From NCBI GenBank assembly GCA_041629335.1, contig JBFKNN010000002.1:1-59325 (forward strand): a stretch of DNA of 59,325 bases, written 5' to 3'. A program made the translations under genes and the position numbers. The notes under the pieces were generated by a model. The model saw nothing but the letters and a program-made list of their open reading frames with translations, did not search any database and was not told where the DNA came from. This document shows, in pieces, positions 57,920 to 59,325 of this stretch (position 1 is the first letter of the stretch; each line of letters starts with the position of its first letter). This DNA comes from Burkholderiales bacterium (lineage in GTDB: Bacteria; Pseudomonadota; Gammaproteobacteria; Burkholderiales; SG8-41).

Positions 57920-59325
57920 CTATTGCCTGTTGAGCGTGAATGCGCCGCTACCGAGGCTGCTACCGCCGGTGCCGGTGATAGTGGATGCGTCGAACGTCCC
58001 GGCAAACCGCGTGCCGCCGCTGGTGTATATCGTCAGCGAGTTGCCGCTGACCACGCCGTTCACCAGGCTGCCCGAGAAGGTCGCGCCCACCGGATCCGGG
58101 CAGATGCCATAGGAATCGATCGCCGTCACGCGGCGCTGATAGCTCCCGGTGACGGTGCTGCCCGTCTGGGTGAGCGTCCAGGTGAGGGCGCTTGTCTCGT
58201 AATCGCACAGCCCGCTCACCGGGCGTGTCCAGTTGCCGCTCCAGGTTCCGGTGAGCGATCCACCTGACGCCGGGCGTGGCTCGGCATTCAGCGTGACGGT
58301 CGTACAGCTTTGATTGCCCCCAAGATCCACGGCGCAAACGACGAACGAGGTGTTGCTTTGAATCGAAGGCGTGCCGCTTAGCACGCCGTTCGGCGCGAGG
58401 ATCAGCCCGATTGGCGGGAACCCGCCGGCCGTGCCGAGGGTAAAGTAATAGGGCGCCGAGCCGCCCGACGCGTATGGGTAGAAGTCGAACTGGAACGGCG
58501 TTCCCACCACCGCTGGACCCAGGACGGCTGGCGGGTTGAATACTACACGCGATCCCGGCAGTGACGGAGCGGCGTTAAGCTTCGTCGTCGTGGTGCCGTG
58601 TGCGATTCGATTGGTAGTGCTCGATGGATTCGTGCCCGCCCGCACCACGTTGATCGCAAACTGATAACTTCCGGCGGGCACCCCGGATAGCGGCACGCTG
58701 TAGAAACTGGGTGCCGCAACGTCGGCGAGGCGAAAGCCGGCGAGAATCGGCGTTGCCCCCGGCCCCCACTGCAGGTTCGGCCCAAGATAGTACGGCGTCC
58801 CGCCTTCGATCTGGACCTGAACGTAGATATCGGCCAGACTTCCCGCGGCCGAGCCCGCCTGGAGATTCGCCGACAATACCAGTGATTCGCCGGCGTTGAC
58901 CGTATAGGTCGACCGGTTGGTGGAAACGCTTGCCGCAGCAGGGGTCGTGGTGCCCGGCGTACTGCTCGCTGGCGTCGAGGTTGTGCAGGTGCCTCCGGAA
59001 CACGACATGACCTGTCCCGCCGAGCTCAGCAACCAGTCGATCGTCACGTAGCGTGCGCCATCGTACTCCATGAGCAGCAAGGCAATGTGCCATGTGCCGG
59101 TCGCAGGACGAGTAAAGGCAATCGAGCCCGTCGATAGGTTGGGGTAATGATAGCCGCCGCTCAGCGGGTTCAACGTATAGCTTGCCAGCCTGTATCCCTG
59201 CTGGCTCGTGCCATTGTAGGGCGTCGCGAACGCCCACAACTCCAATCGCAGCGTCCCCGAGTGTCCGCCGGTTGAATGATTGGTGATGCGGTCTACCCTT
59301 AGCACCACAGTGGAGCCGGTAGACT
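57920..59325 (-). CDS. Large secreted/surface protein with Thr/Ser/Gly-rich beta-repeat and Ig-like (He_PIG-type) regions. The 5' end lies beyond the right edge.
   Basis: The frame is open to the window end. It contains TPFQFDFYPYASGGSAPYYFTLGTAGGFPPIGLILAPNGVLSGTPS, typical of putative-Ig domains, and a Thr/Pro linker TSTPASSTPGTTTPAAAS. Confidence 0.6.
   Translation of the reverse strand, partial: STGSTVVLRVDRITNHSTGGHSGTLRLELWAFATPYNGTSQQGYRLASYTLNPLSGGYHYPNLSTGSIAFTRPATGTWHIALLLMEYDGARYVTIDWLLSSAGQVMSCSGGTCTTSTPASSTPGTTTPAAASVSTNRSTYTVNAGESLVLSANLQAGSAAGSLADIYVQVQIEGGTPYYLGPNLQWGPGATPILAGFRLADVAAPSFYSVPLSGVPAGSYQFAINVVRAGTNPSSTTNRIAHGTTTTKLNAAPSLPGSRVVFNPPAVLGPAVVGTPFQFDFYPYASGGSAPYYFTLGTAGGFPPIGLILAPNGVLSGTPSIQSNTSFVVCAVDLGGNQSCTTVTLNAEPRPASGGSLTGTWSGNWTRPVSGLCDYETSALTWTLTQTGSTVTGSYQRRVTAIDSYGICPDPVGATFSGSLVNGVVSGNSLTIYTSGGTRFAGTFDASTITGTGGSSLGSGAFTLNRQ

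Overview
This is a visibly GC-rich chromosomal segment with betaproteobacterial (Burkholderiales-like) gene content and order. It is mostly housekeeping: a partial Kef-type K+ antiporter, then kdsD-kdsC-lptC-lptA-lptB-rpoN-hpf-ptsN-hprK-rapZ, followed by mutY, asmA, tRNA-Gly(CCC), a PQQ-type dehydrogenase/cytochrome c/TonB-receptor cluster, pat, thiSG, a CHASE-PAS-GGDEF-EAL protein, trmB, hemW-rdgB-rph, yicC, gmk-rpoZ-spoT, a GlrK/lipoprotein/GlrR-like sigma-54 two-component module, an orphan mlaC and an M28 peptidase. A long accessory-looking catabolic cluster (about 45.5-57 kb) is rich in Bug/TctC binding proteins and CoA-thioester enzymes. A partial large secreted protein lies at the right edge. 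Many long ORFs in the supplied track are Arg/Ala/Gly/His-rich antisense artefacts of high GC and are not called. Five things deserve a second look. (1) A GrdB/PrdB-family reductase gene is interrupted by a single in-frame TGA at the U-x-x-C active-site position, with a hairpin just downstream. It is a candidate selenoprotein inside a CoA-transferase/crotonase/epimerase/Ldh_2 operon that lacks the classical GrdA/GrdC/PrdA partners. (2) A dispersed family of tandem heptanucleotide arrays, often paired as hairpins, fills several intergenic regions, and one copy is inserted in frame inside hemW. (3) A sigma-54 promoter with TGTC-N10-GACA sites sits in front of a three-gene envelope operon next to the GlrKR-like module. 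(4) A second hairpin repeat family is built on GCCAAGA motifs. (5) Partial copies of the tRNA-Gly 3' end flank the tRNA. All family assignments come from motif recognition by eye; no searches were run.
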